IMG/VR virus record: IMGVR_UViG_2778261356_000013
Span: 1 to 23,607 of that record
Reading direction: 5' to 3' (one strand)
Origin: a virus
Lineage: Duplodnaviria; Heunggongvirae; Uroviricota; Caudoviricetes
Length of the DNA stretch: 23,607 bases
Numbering within the stretch: the first letter of the stretch is position 1; each line of letters starts with the position of its first letter. The notes beneath the pieces were generated by a model that was not told where the DNA came from, did no database searches, and saw nothing but the letters and a program-made list of their open reading frames with translations. Below, piece after piece: positions 8,853-17,851 of this stretch. The translations under genes were made by a program, and so were the position numbers.

Positions 8853-9824
8853 ATGATTAAGTATGCAAGCGGAAATCTTCTAAACTCTACATCGCAAGCT
8901 CTTGTGAATGCTGTAAACTGCCAAGGAGTCATGGGAAAGGGTATTGCTTTGGCTTTTAAAGAAACTTTTCCCTATAATTTCGAAGTTTATAAGAGAGCAT
9001 GCGCCACTGGTACAATGAAAATTGGACAGGTTTTAATTGTAGAGGAAAAGGGAAAAATAATCGTAAACTTTCCCACTAAAGATAGTTGGAGAAAAAAATC
9101 AACATATGATTTTATCTCGCAAGGCCTTGAATCTTTAGCAAAAATTATAGACGAAAAAAAAATTACATCAATATCAATACCACCTTTAGGCTGTGGTAAT
9201 GGGGGCCTCGATTGGAATAAGGTTGAGGCTCTTATTTTAAAAACTTTTCAAAATTTAGATAATGTTGATGTGGTAATTTATCCGCCTGCAACTAACAATC
9301 AACTTTCAAAAAATAAAAATGTTATTAATGCTAAGCATCTTTTGGTTCACTACGCCTATGGAAAATTAAAAGTTAAGCAAAAATATTCCCTTTATACAGT
9401 TTTTTATATTTGCGAATGTATTGAGAAAGCAAATCTTTTTTTATTCGATTTTAAACATGGTCGGCCATACTCTTCTGAGTTAGAAAATATTATGAAGGAT
9501 ATAGCAAACCTTAAAGTTGAGTTGCAAGGAGATTTTGATGCTTTTATTGAAGATTATATTAATACTCATCAATCCAAAGAGTTACAAACCGAGTTTGGTA
9601 AACTAATCTCAACTTTAAATCCAAGTATAAGTTTTCTCAATGCTCTTAAAAATAAGATTGATTATACAGATAGCGTACATGTGATCACGAGAATTGCTAA
9701 AGAAAAAGATCATGGCTTGCATATTGACAATTTCAAAGAATATGAAAATATTGTGCAGCATTTAATTAAAAATGGATTGGTAATCGAAGATATTTTTAAC
9801 GAACTAAAAATAAAGGGAAGTTAG
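8853..9824 (+). CDS. darG: DarG-like macrodomain antitoxin (323 aa): N-terminal macrodomain plus C-terminal domain of unknown fold
   Basis: Macrodomain signature ALVNAVNCQGVMGKGIALAFKETFP ... SIPPLGCGNGGLDW; operon partner of DarT-like gene. Confidence 0.7.
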   Translation: MIKYASGNLLNSTSQALVNAVNCQGVMGKGIALAFKETFPYNFEVYKRACATGTMKIGQVLIVEEKGKIIVNFPTKDSWRKKSTYDFISQGLESLAKIIDEKKITSISIPPLGCGNGGLDWNKVEALILKTFQNLDNVDVVIYPPATNNQLSKNKNVINAKHLLVHYAYGKLKVKQKYSLYTVFYICECIEKANLFLFDFKHGRPYSSELENIMKDIANLKVELQGDFDAFIEDYINTHQSKELQTEFGKLISTLNPSISFLNALKNKIDYTDSVHVITRIAKEKDHGLHIDNFKEYENIVQHLIKNGLVIEDIFNELKIKGS

Positions 9825-10376
9825 TAGCGCTATTTTCAATTTTTTTGCTGAAATTGCGCATGCACACTCTTACGCATTATAGATGCGGCGTTAATCCCGC
9901 CAGGAGTGTTGTTTAATAAATTGAACTATTTCTGCATTGAAGGATCAACTTACGCATTCGCTGACAACGCAGGCACTCTCCTGGCTAAGCAGAAATTCAG
10001 AGTAACCAACTGGCACTTTTACAACAATTTTCTTATCAGTTGCGGCTCCATGACTTTCTGGTGGGATAACAAAGCAATTAAGGCGTGGTATTGTAAGTAT
10101 CCCGCATAATCATGCTAGTAACATTTGTCCCCCATGTAACCTAATTAAGGCAACTTCCGCTCTTCGCTCACAGTGAACCTCCATGTTTGTAAACCCGTAT
10201 ATTTCGTTTTTCAAGTGGTCATTCAGATACGGATTTTCACTTCTCTTGGCTGTGCATGTCTATGCCGCATGAATCCGCATGATCGTTTGAGGATCGTTTT
10301 TGCTGAGGCCCCCCAGAACTGGCGGGCTTTTGCTTATGTCATGCAGGTGCATGAAAACCACTGCATAAAGCGGGCA

Positions 10377-10395
10377 GGCGTGGCGGGGATACGAG
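10377..10395. other. Candidate cos (cohesive end) site of the P2/186 family
   Basis: GGCGTGGCGGGGATACGAG resembles the 19-nt cohesive ends I recall for 186 (GGCGTGGCGGGGAAAGCAT) and P2 (GGCGAGGCGGGGAAAGCAC); lies in a 680-bp non-coding stretch on the terminase/portal side of the cargo locus. Confidence 0.45.
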
Positions 10396-10503
10396 CGCGC
10401 GCTTGTGGCTTTGAATACTCAAATCATGTAATGTTAATTGTCCAAGCTCAGATGTTATTTTAGAATCGTAGTTCACTAGAACTGTGTTAATTGGGAAGTA
10501 TTC

Positions 10504-11754
10504 ATGGATAAACAACGTGCTTCACAAGTTTTTGTGCCTGGCGGTATGCCGAAATTGACTTATGTTGAGCGCTCTGAAGGAGAGGTTCATGGAAAACTGG
10601 AGAGTGCTAAAGATAATTTATGTAAGTTAGTGACTTTAACTGGGCAAACAAAGTCTGGTAAGACTGTAATTACAAGAATGGTATTCCCAGTCATGGACGA
10701 TGATGTTGTATGGATTGACGGTGGGAGTATTACAACTGAAGATGATATTTGGGAGCAGGTATTAGAAAAACTAAATGGCTACCATAGTATTGAAGTTAAT
10801 TCTGGAGAAAATAGTGCTATTGCAGTTAGTGGTAAGGTATCGGGGACCGCAAGTGCATTAGTTGTTAAAGGTACAGGTGAGGCTGGTTTAGTTCAGACGG
10901 ATGGAAAGTCAAATGGTAATAAAAAATCGCGAACGATATCCGCAAAAAGTTCTGCACTAAAAGTTCTCTCTCAAACCAAGTCTAGTCTTATAATTGATGA
11001 CTTTCATTACCTTGATCGTGACCTACAAGGTAACTTTATTAGAGCGATAAAACCATTAGTTTTTGATGGAGTACCAGTTGTACTGATAGCCATTCCACAT
11101 CGAAGGTATGATGCTGTAAAAGTTGAAAAAGAAATTACCGGACGGCTAGAAAATATTTCCATGCCTTCGTGGGAAATGGATGAACTAAAACAAATAGCAA
11201 AAGTGGGATTTCCTCTGTTAAACATGGAAGTTAGTGATTCAGTAATTGATAAAATTGCCAATGAATCATTGGGAAGCCCTCATTTAATGCAAGAGTTTTG
11301 CAAGGCTATATGCTTAGCAAATAATGTTAAAGAAACTTTGCCGAGTAAGTTAGTTATTAATTCTTTAGATGATGATATTTTTAGAAAGGTTGCAGAATCC
11401 ACTGGGAAAATAGTATTTGATAAGTTAGCTAGTGGCCCTAATCAGCGAACTGACAGAATTCCTAGAAAACTGAAAAGTGGTGAGGAAGTAGATATATATA
11501 AAGTTGTATTATATGCATTGTCACATATGAAACCAGGAATGCAAAGTATTCAGTATGAGGAGTTAAGATCAGCCATACGCGAACTGGTGCAAGATGCTCC
11601 TCCACAAGCTCATGAGGTTACTCGTGTTATAGAAAAAATGGCTAAAATAGCTGCTACGGAAGAAGCTTCAACTCCTGTAATAGATTGGGATAAGGAGGAC
11701 CGAAAGTTGCATATTACTGATCCATTTTTTGCTTTTTATCTAAAATGGCGATAA
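10504..11754 (+). CDS. Orphan P-loop NTPase, AAA+/ATPase_2-like (416 aa); candidate stand-alone defence or exclusion gene
   Basis: Walker A GQTKSGKT (aa 47-54), Walker B LIIDDFHYL (aa 162-170, resembles xIDEFQYL of archaeal-type AAA ATPases); Gly/Ser-rich insert between them; ATG 10504 with GGGAAG RBS; AT-rich; located between candidate cos and portal gene. Confidence 0.6.
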   Translation: MDKQRASQVFVPGGMPKLTYVERSEGEVHGKLESAKDNLCKLVTLTGQTKSGKTVITRMVFPVMDDDVVWIDGGSITTEDDIWEQVLEKLNGYHSIEVNSGENSAIAVSGKVSGTASALVVKGTGEAGLVQTDGKSNGNKKSRTISAKSSALKVLSQTKSSLIIDDFHYLDRDLQGNFIRAIKPLVFDGVPVVLIAIPHRRYDAVKVEKEITGRLENISMPSWEMDELKQIAKVGFPLLNMEVSDSVIDKIANESLGSPHLMQEFCKAICLANNVKETLPSKLVINSLDDDIFRKVAESTGKIVFDKLASGPNQRTDRIPRKLKSGEEVDIYKVVLYALSHMKPGMQSIQYEELRSAIRELVQDAPPQAHEVTRVIEKMAKIAATEEASTPVIDWDKEDRKLHITDPFFAFYLKWR

Positions 11755-11761
11755 AGGTTCT

Positions 11762-11780
11762 GGCTGCCAAACTGGCAGCC
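11762..11780. terminator. Hairpin between convergent ATPase and portal genes (GGCTGCC-AAACT-GGCAGCC)
   Basis: Perfect 7-bp GC-rich inverted repeat read from sequence in the 32-bp gap between convergent stop codons; no strong U-tract on either strand. Confidence 0.4.
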
Positions 11781-11786
11781 TTAAAG

Positions 11787-12821
11787 CTAATTTGAATGAA
11801 GTTTATATTCTTCGAACTGTATCACTTTTTCTTTTAACCAAACATTTAACTCTTCAAATCTTTTTTGCAATGGTATTAGTTCATTGCGTACAAATACATT
11901 ACTTGCCTTCTCCACATCCCCAAACCCCCCAACATTATTTGGCATTATCCCCATCATCTGTGGCGGCACGCGGTGTGCCGCCATCATGTCATCGCGACTA
12001 ACATTTTTGATATTCAGAAATTCATCCTTCGCTGCGACTTCTGACAACGGGATAATCTGAAGTCCGTCTTTTTTACCATTAGGCGAGTACATAAACAGAT
12101 TGCGGAAGTTACCCGGACCTTTGGCGCTTTTCATTGCGTTGCGGAGGTTGTTCACATCCTCCTGGTTCTGCGCGGCATCGGTCATGTACATGATGAAGCC
12201 GGCATGACTGCCGTTAATGTAATACTTGCGGCGGAACAGCGTGGCGGACTCGTTGAGCAAAGCGGATGGGATGGCAGAAAGATAGCCGGGCAGGCCGTAG
12301 ATCTCCTGGTTGATGTCCGGTTCCATCAGATGAAAAATGCTGCCTTTCGTGAACTGATACGGCTGGGTTGTCATACCGTATTGCACAAACCAGTAGGTAT
12401 CCAGGTCTAACCCGCGTCGGGTGTATTTTGCCAGCGCAGGCTCAAGGGCGATAACTTCACCGAATCGGTTCGTGCGTTTCTCCAGGTAGGCGTTACCAAA
12501 TACCAGATAGTCCTGTACAAAACGCGAAAAAGCCTGTTGGCTGAGCAGCGGATGAGGGATATAGGTACTGGTCAGAATGTTGCACTTTACTGCAATCGGG
12601 GAACTGTGATGCACGGCAGCCCGGAAGGTGCGCGCCAGTCCGTCAAAACTTACGGGTGGCTCGTACCAACGCTCCATCTGTACGCATTCCACATAGTCCA
12701 GCAGTTCGCGGCGGTCCAGAACAGGAACGGGATCACCGAAGCTGAATGCTTCGGCTGAAGTCTGGCTTTTATGCTGGATCTGTTTCGTCGACGCAGCGCG
12801 GTTCTTCTTACTCTTTCCCAT
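11787..12821 (-). CDS. Q: Portal protein, P2 gpQ-like (about 344 aa from ATG at 12821)
   Basis: Size and position match P2 Q (minus strand, adjacent to terminase P, next to cos side); start overlaps terminase stop (ATGA); assignment by synteny and length. Confidence 0.8.
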   Translation of the reverse strand: MGKSKKNRAASTKQIQHKSQTSAEAFSFGDPVPVLDRRELLDYVECVQMERWYEPPVSFDGLARTFRAAVHHSSPIAVKCNILTSTYIPHPLLSQQAFSRFVQDYLVFGNAYLEKRTNRFGEVIALEPALAKYTRRGLDLDTYWFVQYGMTTQPYQFTKGSIFHLMEPDINQEIYGLPGYLSAIPSALLNESATLFRRKYYINGSHAGFIMYMTDAAQNQEDVNNLRNAMKSAKGPGNFRNLFMYSPNGKKDGLQIIPLSEVAAKDEFLNIKNVSRDDMMAAHRVPPQMMGIMPNNVGGFGDVEKASNVFVRNELIPLQKRFEELNVWLKEKVIQFEEYKLHSN

Positions 12822-14587
12822 CAAAAAATCTCCACAATATTGCTGGTATTGGCGGACTCGCCCTGCAGCGGTTCGTTAAACAGTGCGTGCATTGTTGCCC
12901 AGGCCAGATCGGCATGGCTGGCTTCTTCGCTGCGGCTGGCTTCATAGGTCGGGCGGTTGCCACTGGCAGTGGTAGCGCGACGGATTGCCATAAATGACTG
13001 CGCAATGTCGGTGTGCCCGGCGTCAAACTCCAGACGGCGGTGGCTGATAATGTCGTAGGCCTTGAGTACCAGGGCGTTTTTAACATTGGGGTTGTAGACA
13101 AACTCCCGGACGGCAGGAAAGAACGCTTTCACGTTCTCATAAACCCCGTGACCAACGCCGGTTGAGTCGATACCGATATAGGTCACGTTGTACTGTTCGG
13201 TCAGTTTTTTGATGGCGTCAGCCTGGGCGCGGAAGTCCATCCCGCGCCACTGGTGACGCTCAAGAATGCGGAACTTACCACCAGGCACGGCTGGCGGTGC
13301 CACCACCACGCATCCGGCGCTGTCGCCGTTTTGCGTACCTTTTGCCGGGTCATAACCGATCCACACTTCGCGCCAGCCAAACGGGCGCAGAGCCAGTGCA
13401 TGAAAGTCGGTCCAGACTTCCCAGCTGTCCACCATGCACGCCTGCAGCTCGCTGAGCGGAAATACGGACGCGAGATCGTCCACAAACTCGCACATCAGCA
13501 GGTTCTGGTATTCGTCCGGGCTGTACTCCATGCGCAACTGGTCAAGGTCGAACAGGTTACAGCCGCCGCGCACCGCATCTTCCACGGTGACTATCTGGCG
13601 GTATTGCCCGTCTGCGCACAGCAGGCCGGGGGCCAGATTGCTGTGGGACAGGTCGATGTCCACCTTGTCGGCCTTGTTGCGCCCACGGTTGAACAGCGCA
13701 CCGGACCAGAACGGATAAGCACTGTGTGTCAGGCTGGATGGCGTGGAAAAATAGGTTTGTCGCCATTTTTTGTGAATAGCCATACCGGATGCCACTTTGC
13801 GCAGCTCCTGGAATTTCGGTATCCAGAAATATTCATCCAGATACAGGTTGCCGTGATAACTCTGGGCCGTGCGGGCATTGGTGCCGAGGAAGTAAAGCGT
13901 GGCCCCGTTAGGAAGCACCATCGGATCGCCTTTCAACTCCACCCCCACTTCTTTGGCGAAGTCGATGATGTACTGCTTAAAGACGTGGGCCTGTGCCTTG
14001 CTGGCGGAAAGGAAAATCTGGTTACGTCCGGTAAGCAGGGCGTCAATCAGGGCTTCACGGGCAAAGTAAAAGGTCGCGCCGATCTGGCGTGACTTCAGCA
14101 GGTTGCGGATGCGGTTGGTTTTTCCGGCTTCCCACCAGTGGCGCTGGTAGTTGAACATGGAGGAATGGAAGATTTCTTCCAGCTTCTCAATCTGCTCATC
14201 GGTGAAAACATTCTTTTCCGGCTGACGGCGTGGGCCTTTATTGCGGTTGGCGACGTTAGGGTTTAAGTCGGCTTCGTTGCCGCCATTGTTAAACTTGCCG
14301 ATCCGCGCGTGGCGCTCCGACTGGCGCGCCAGCAGGTCAATCTCTTTGAAATCTTTCCCTTCTTTGTGCTCCTTCATGATGAGCTGGCAGTAGCGTGCGG
14401 CGGTGGTGAGCTGCATCTGATCCAGCGGCCCATAGTCACCCCACTTGTCGCGTTTTTTCCAGCTGTGAACGGTTGCAACTTTCTCGCCCAGCATTTCAGC
14501 AATGCGGGCTACGCGGTATCCCTGAAAGTACAGCAGCATGGCCTGCCGACGGGGATCGAGATCTGCGGGTGTCAGTGTGGTGTTCAT
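12821..14587 (-). CDS. P: Terminase large (ATPase) subunit, P2 gpP-like (588 aa)
   Basis: Length and divergent arrangement versus O-N-M-L match P2 P; ATG at 14587; assignment by synteny and length. Confidence 0.85.
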   Translation of the reverse strand: MNTTLTPADLDPRRQAMLLYFQGYRVARIAEMLGEKVATVHSWKKRDKWGDYGPLDQMQLTTAARYCQLIMKEHKEGKDFKEIDLLARQSERHARIGKFNNGGNEADLNPNVANRNKGPRRQPEKNVFTDEQIEKLEEIFHSSMFNYQRHWWEAGKTNRIRNLLKSRQIGATFYFAREALIDALLTGRNQIFLSASKAQAHVFKQYIIDFAKEVGVELKGDPMVLPNGATLYFLGTNARTAQSYHGNLYLDEYFWIPKFQELRKVASGMAIHKKWRQTYFSTPSSLTHSAYPFWSGALFNRGRNKADKVDIDLSHSNLAPGLLCADGQYRQIVTVEDAVRGGCNLFDLDQLRMEYSPDEYQNLLMCEFVDDLASVFPLSELQACMVDSWEVWTDFHALALRPFGWREVWIGYDPAKGTQNGDSAGCVVVAPPAVPGGKFRILERHQWRGMDFRAQADAIKKLTEQYNVTYIGIDSTGVGHGVYENVKAFFPAVREFVYNPNVKNALVLKAYDIISHRRLEFDAGHTDIAQSFMAIRRATTASGNRPTYEASRSEEASHADLAWATMHALFNEPLQGESANTSNIVEIF

Positions 14588-14729
14588 GGCACAAACCTAC
14601 AACCTTGAATGAAGGCTTTCCCCGCCTGCGGTTTGTGTGGTTGTCGGTACAAATACCGCGCATTGTTTCACTGCCCCCATCACCGCAACCATAAGGCTCC
14701 AGTAAGTTTTTTCTAACGGAGCACGGCTC
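14588..14729. promoter_or_regulatory. Divergent late promoter region between P and O, with dyad CGGTA-N4-TACCG at 14645-14658
   Basis: Intergenic between divergently transcribed late operons as in P2; dyad seen directly; activator site assignment is inference. Confidence 0.35.
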
Positions 14730-15563
14730 ATGACAGTGAAAGCAAAGCGTTTTCGCATCGGGGTGGAAGGTGCCACCACCGACGGACGCGAAATCCAGCG
14801 TGAATGGCTGGAACAGATGGCAGCCAGCTACAACCCGGCGGTGTATACCGCGCTGATTAACCTTGAGCACATCAAGTCTTATCTGCCGGACAGCACCTTT
14901 AACCGCTACGGCAAGGTGACGGCGCTGTTTGCTGAAGAAATCAAGGAAGGTCCGCTGGCAGGCAAGATGGCGCTGTATGCCGACGTTGAGCCAACGGAGT
15001 CCCTGGTGGAACTGGTGAAAAAAGGCCAGAAATTATTCACATCTATGGAAGTTAGCCCGAAGTTCGCTGATACGGGCAAAGCCTACCTGGTCGGCCTGGC
15101 TGCCACTGATGACCCTGCCAGTCTGGGCACTGAAATGCTGACATTCAGCGCCAGTGCAGCCCATAACCCGCTGGCAAACCGCAAGCAGAATCCCGCCAAT
15201 CTTTTTACCGCTGCAGAGGAAACGGTGATCGAACTGGAAGAAATCCAGGATGACAAACCGTCCCTGTTTGCCCGTGTCACGGCGCTGTTCACCAAAAAAG
15301 AGCAGTCCGATGACGCCCGGTTCTCTGATGTGCATAAGGCCGTGGAACTGGTCGCCACTGAGCAGCAGAACCTGAGTGCGCGCACCGAAAAATCCCTGTC
15401 TGAGCAGGAAGAACGCCTGTCTGAGCTGGAGACTGCCCTGCAGGCACAGCAGACCGCCTTTAACGAACTGGTGGACAAGCTGAGCCATGAAGACAGCCGC
15501 CAGGACTACCGCCAGCGTGCAACAGGCGGTAACGCCCCCGCTGACACTCTGACCAATTGCTGA
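14730..15563 (+). CDS. O: Capsid scaffolding protein, P2 gpO-like (277 aa)
   Basis: Position and length; coiled-coil-like acidic C-terminal half; ATG 14730. Confidence 0.8.
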   Translation: MTVKAKRFRIGVEGATTDGREIQREWLEQMAASYNPAVYTALINLEHIKSYLPDSTFNRYGKVTALFAEEIKEGPLAGKMALYADVEPTESLVELVKKGQKLFTSMEVSPKFADTGKAYLVGLAATDDPASLGTEMLTFSASAAHNPLANRKQNPANLFTAAEETVIELEEIQDDKPSLFARVTALFTKKEQSDDARFSDVHKAVELVATEQQNLSARTEKSLSEQEERLSELETALQAQQTAFNELVDKLSHEDSRQDYRQRATGGNAPADTLTNC

Positions 15564-15578
15564 TGGAGCACAAACCTG

Positions 15579-16637
15579 ATGAAGAAGAATACCCGCTTTG
15601 CTTTTAACGCTTATCTGCAGCAACTGGCGCGTCTGAACGGTGTGGCAGTTGAAGAACTGTCCAGCAAGTTCACCGTAGAGCCGTCCGTGCAGCAGACATT
15701 GGAAGACCAGATCCAGCAGTCCGCCGCTTTCCTGACGCTGATTAACGTCACGCCAGTGACTGAGCAGTCCGGTCAGCTGCTGGGGTTGGGAGTTGGCAGC
15801 ACCATTGCCGGAACCACTGATACCACCGCGAAAGAGCGTGAACCTGTCGATCCGACGCTGATGGTCGATGTGGAATATAAATGCGAGCAGACCAACTTTG
15901 ACACGGTACTGACCTACGCGAAGCTGGACCTGTGGGCGAAGTTTCAGGATTTCCAGGTGCGTATCCGTGACGCCATCGTGAAACGTCAGGCACTGGACCG
16001 CATCATGATCGGCTTTAACGGCGTGAAGCGTGCGAAAACCTCCAACCGTAGTGAAAACCCGCTGCTGCAGGATGTGAACAAAGGCTGGCTGCAGAAAATC
16101 CGTGAGGATGCACCGGATCACGTCATGGGCAGCACCACCACGGGCGGCGAAACCACACCGGGTGCGGTGAAAGTCGGGAAAGGTGGCGAATATGCCAACC
16201 TGGACGCTGTGGTGATGGATGCCGTCAATGAGCTTATCGACGTGGTTTACCAGGACGATGACGATCTGGTGGTGATTTGCGGTCGTGAACTGCTGTCTGA
16301 CAAGTATTTCCCGCTGGTCAACAAAGAGCAGGAAAACAGTGAAAAACTGGCTGCCGATATGATCATCAGTCAGAAACGCATGGGTGGCCTGCAGGCCGTG
16401 CGTGCGCCGTTCTTCCCGCCGAATGCGCTGCTGATCACCCGTCTGGATAACCTGTCCATTTACTGGCAGGAGGACACCCGCCGCCGTTCGGTTATCGACA
16501 ACCCGAAACGTGACCGGATTGAAAACTTTGAATCCGTTAACGAAGCCTATGTGGTTGAGGACTACCGCTGCGCAGCACTGGTGGAAAACATCCAGATTGG
16601 CGACTTCAGCGCCGCCGCCGCAGAAGCCGGAGCATAA
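15579..16637 (+). CDS. N: Major capsid protein, P2 gpN-like (352 aa)
   Basis: Position after scaffold and length close to P2 N. Confidence 0.85.
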   Translation: MKKNTRFAFNAYLQQLARLNGVAVEELSSKFTVEPSVQQTLEDQIQQSAAFLTLINVTPVTEQSGQLLGLGVGSTIAGTTDTTAKEREPVDPTLMVDVEYKCEQTNFDTVLTYAKLDLWAKFQDFQVRIRDAIVKRQALDRIMIGFNGVKRAKTSNRSENPLLQDVNKGWLQKIREDAPDHVMGSTTTGGETTPGAVKVGKGGEYANLDAVVMDAVNELIDVVYQDDDDLVVICGRELLSDKYFPLVNKEQENSEKLAADMIISQKRMGGLQAVRAPFFPPNALLITRLDNLSIYWQEDTRRRSVIDNPKRDRIENFESVNEAYVVEDYRCAALVENIQIGDFSAAAAEAGA

Positions 16638-16640
16638 ACC

Positions 16641-17291
16641 ATGAGCCTGAGTCCCGCACGGCAGCATCGCCTGCGCGTTCAGGCTGAACAGGCCGCCCGC
16701 GAGGGCGGCAGTGTTCGCCACGCGTCGGGCTATGACCTGATGCTGCTGCAACTGGCGGAAGACCGCCGCCGTCTCAAGGGCGTTCAGTCCACGGTCAAAA
16801 AAGCGGAAATCAAGGTGGAGCTGCTGCCGAAGTACGCCGCCTGGGCAGAGGGTGTCCTGGCTGCCGGAGGCGCTCAACAGGATGACGTGCTGATGTACGT
16901 GATGCTGTGGCGCATTGATGCCGGAGATTATGCCGGGGCGCTGGAGATCGGGCGTCATGCCCTGCGTCATGGCTGGGTGATGCCGCTGGGTAACCGCAAC
17001 GTGCAGACCGTGCTGGCAGAGGAAATGGCAGATGCAGCCCAGAGCGCAATGCTTGCCGCCACCGGCTTTGATGCCGATCTGTTGCTGCAGACGCTGGAGC
17101 TGACAGACGGTATGGATATGCCGGACCAGTCACGGGCGCGTCTGCATAAAGCGATTGGCGCTGTCCTGAGTGAAAACAATCCGGCGTCCGCCCTTAATCA
17201 TCTCAACCATGCGTTACAGCTCGATCCCCGCTGTGGCGTGAAAAAAGACAAACAGCAGCTGGAGCGCAGACTGCGCAATGACAGCCGCTGA
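16641..17291 (+). CDS. M: Terminase small/endonuclease subunit, P2 gpM-like (216 aa)
   Basis: Position directly after capsid gene as in P2. Confidence 0.75.
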   Translation: MSLSPARQHRLRVQAEQAAREGGSVRHASGYDLMLLQLAEDRRRLKGVQSTVKKAEIKVELLPKYAAWAEGVLAAGGAQQDDVLMYVMLWRIDAGDYAGALEIGRHALRHGWVMPLGNRNVQTVLAEEMADAAQSAMLAATGFDADLLLQTLELTDGMDMPDQSRARLHKAIGAVLSENNPASALNHLNHALQLDPRCGVKKDKQQLERRLRNDSR

Positions 17292-17386
17292 CAGAACGTG
17301 CCCCCGCGCACGGGCGGCACGGGGTGGCGAAAGGCACTGCCACATCAAAGCCCCGTCCACCGCCCTCTATTTCAGGAGAAAGCAGC

Positions 17387-17851
17387 ATGAAGTTTGTTGC
17401 GCCAGAACAGGCACCGGAACAGGCGGAAATCATCAGGAATACGCCGTTCTGGCCTGATGTGGACCTGTCGGAGTTTCGCAGCGTGATGCGCACTGACGGC
17501 ACGGTGACGCAGCCGCGTTTAAAACAGGTTGCCCTGTCGGCAATTTCGGAGGTCAACGCAGAGCTGTATGAGTTTCGCAGACGCCAGCAGATGCTGGGGT
17601 ATGCGTCGCTGGCTGAGGTTCCGGCGGAACAGCTGGACGGCAAAAGTGAGCGCATCCAACACTATTTCAACGCGGTTTACTGCTGGGCACGCGCCATGCT
17701 CAACGAACGATACCAGGACTATGACGCCACGGCATCCGGTGTGAAGCGAGGCGAGGAGCTGGCGGAATCCAGCGGTGATTTGTGGCGTGACGCCCGCTGG
17801 GCCATCAGCCGGGTGCAGGATGCGCCGCACTGCACAGTGGAGCTTATCTGA
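17387..17851 (+). CDS. L: Head completion/stabilisation protein, P2 gpL-like (154 aa from ATG 17387; ORF-track start 17324 is GTG)
   Basis: Position; AGGAGA RBS before ATG 17387. Confidence 0.7.
   Translation: MKFVAPEQAPEQAEIIRNTPFWPDVDLSEFRSVMRTDGTVTQPRLKQVALSAISEVNAELYEFRRRQQMLGYASLAEVPAEQLDGKSERIQHYFNAVYCWARAMLNERYQDYDATASGVKRGEELAESSGDLWRDARWAISRVQDAPHCTVELI

Noticed and set aside
9906-10463. Two short plus-strand ORFs (67 and 96 aa) in the gap between the DarG-like gene and the ATPase
   Set aside because: Non-ATG or weak starts, no RBS, and they span the candidate cos and packaging region; more likely non-coding
10504-11754. Possibility that the 416-aa ATPase is a terminase or packaging ATPase
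   Set aside because: Large and small terminase subunits are already present in canonical positions; this gene is AT-rich and on the opposite side of the portal
13253-14092. 279-aa ORF on the plus strand
   Set aside because: Lies entirely antisense within the terminase large subunit gene; shadow ORF
15033-16970. 645-aa ORF on the minus strand
   Set aside because: Antisense to the scaffold and capsid genes; Gln/Gly/Val-rich low-complexity translation typical of a GC-rich shadow frame; no start context
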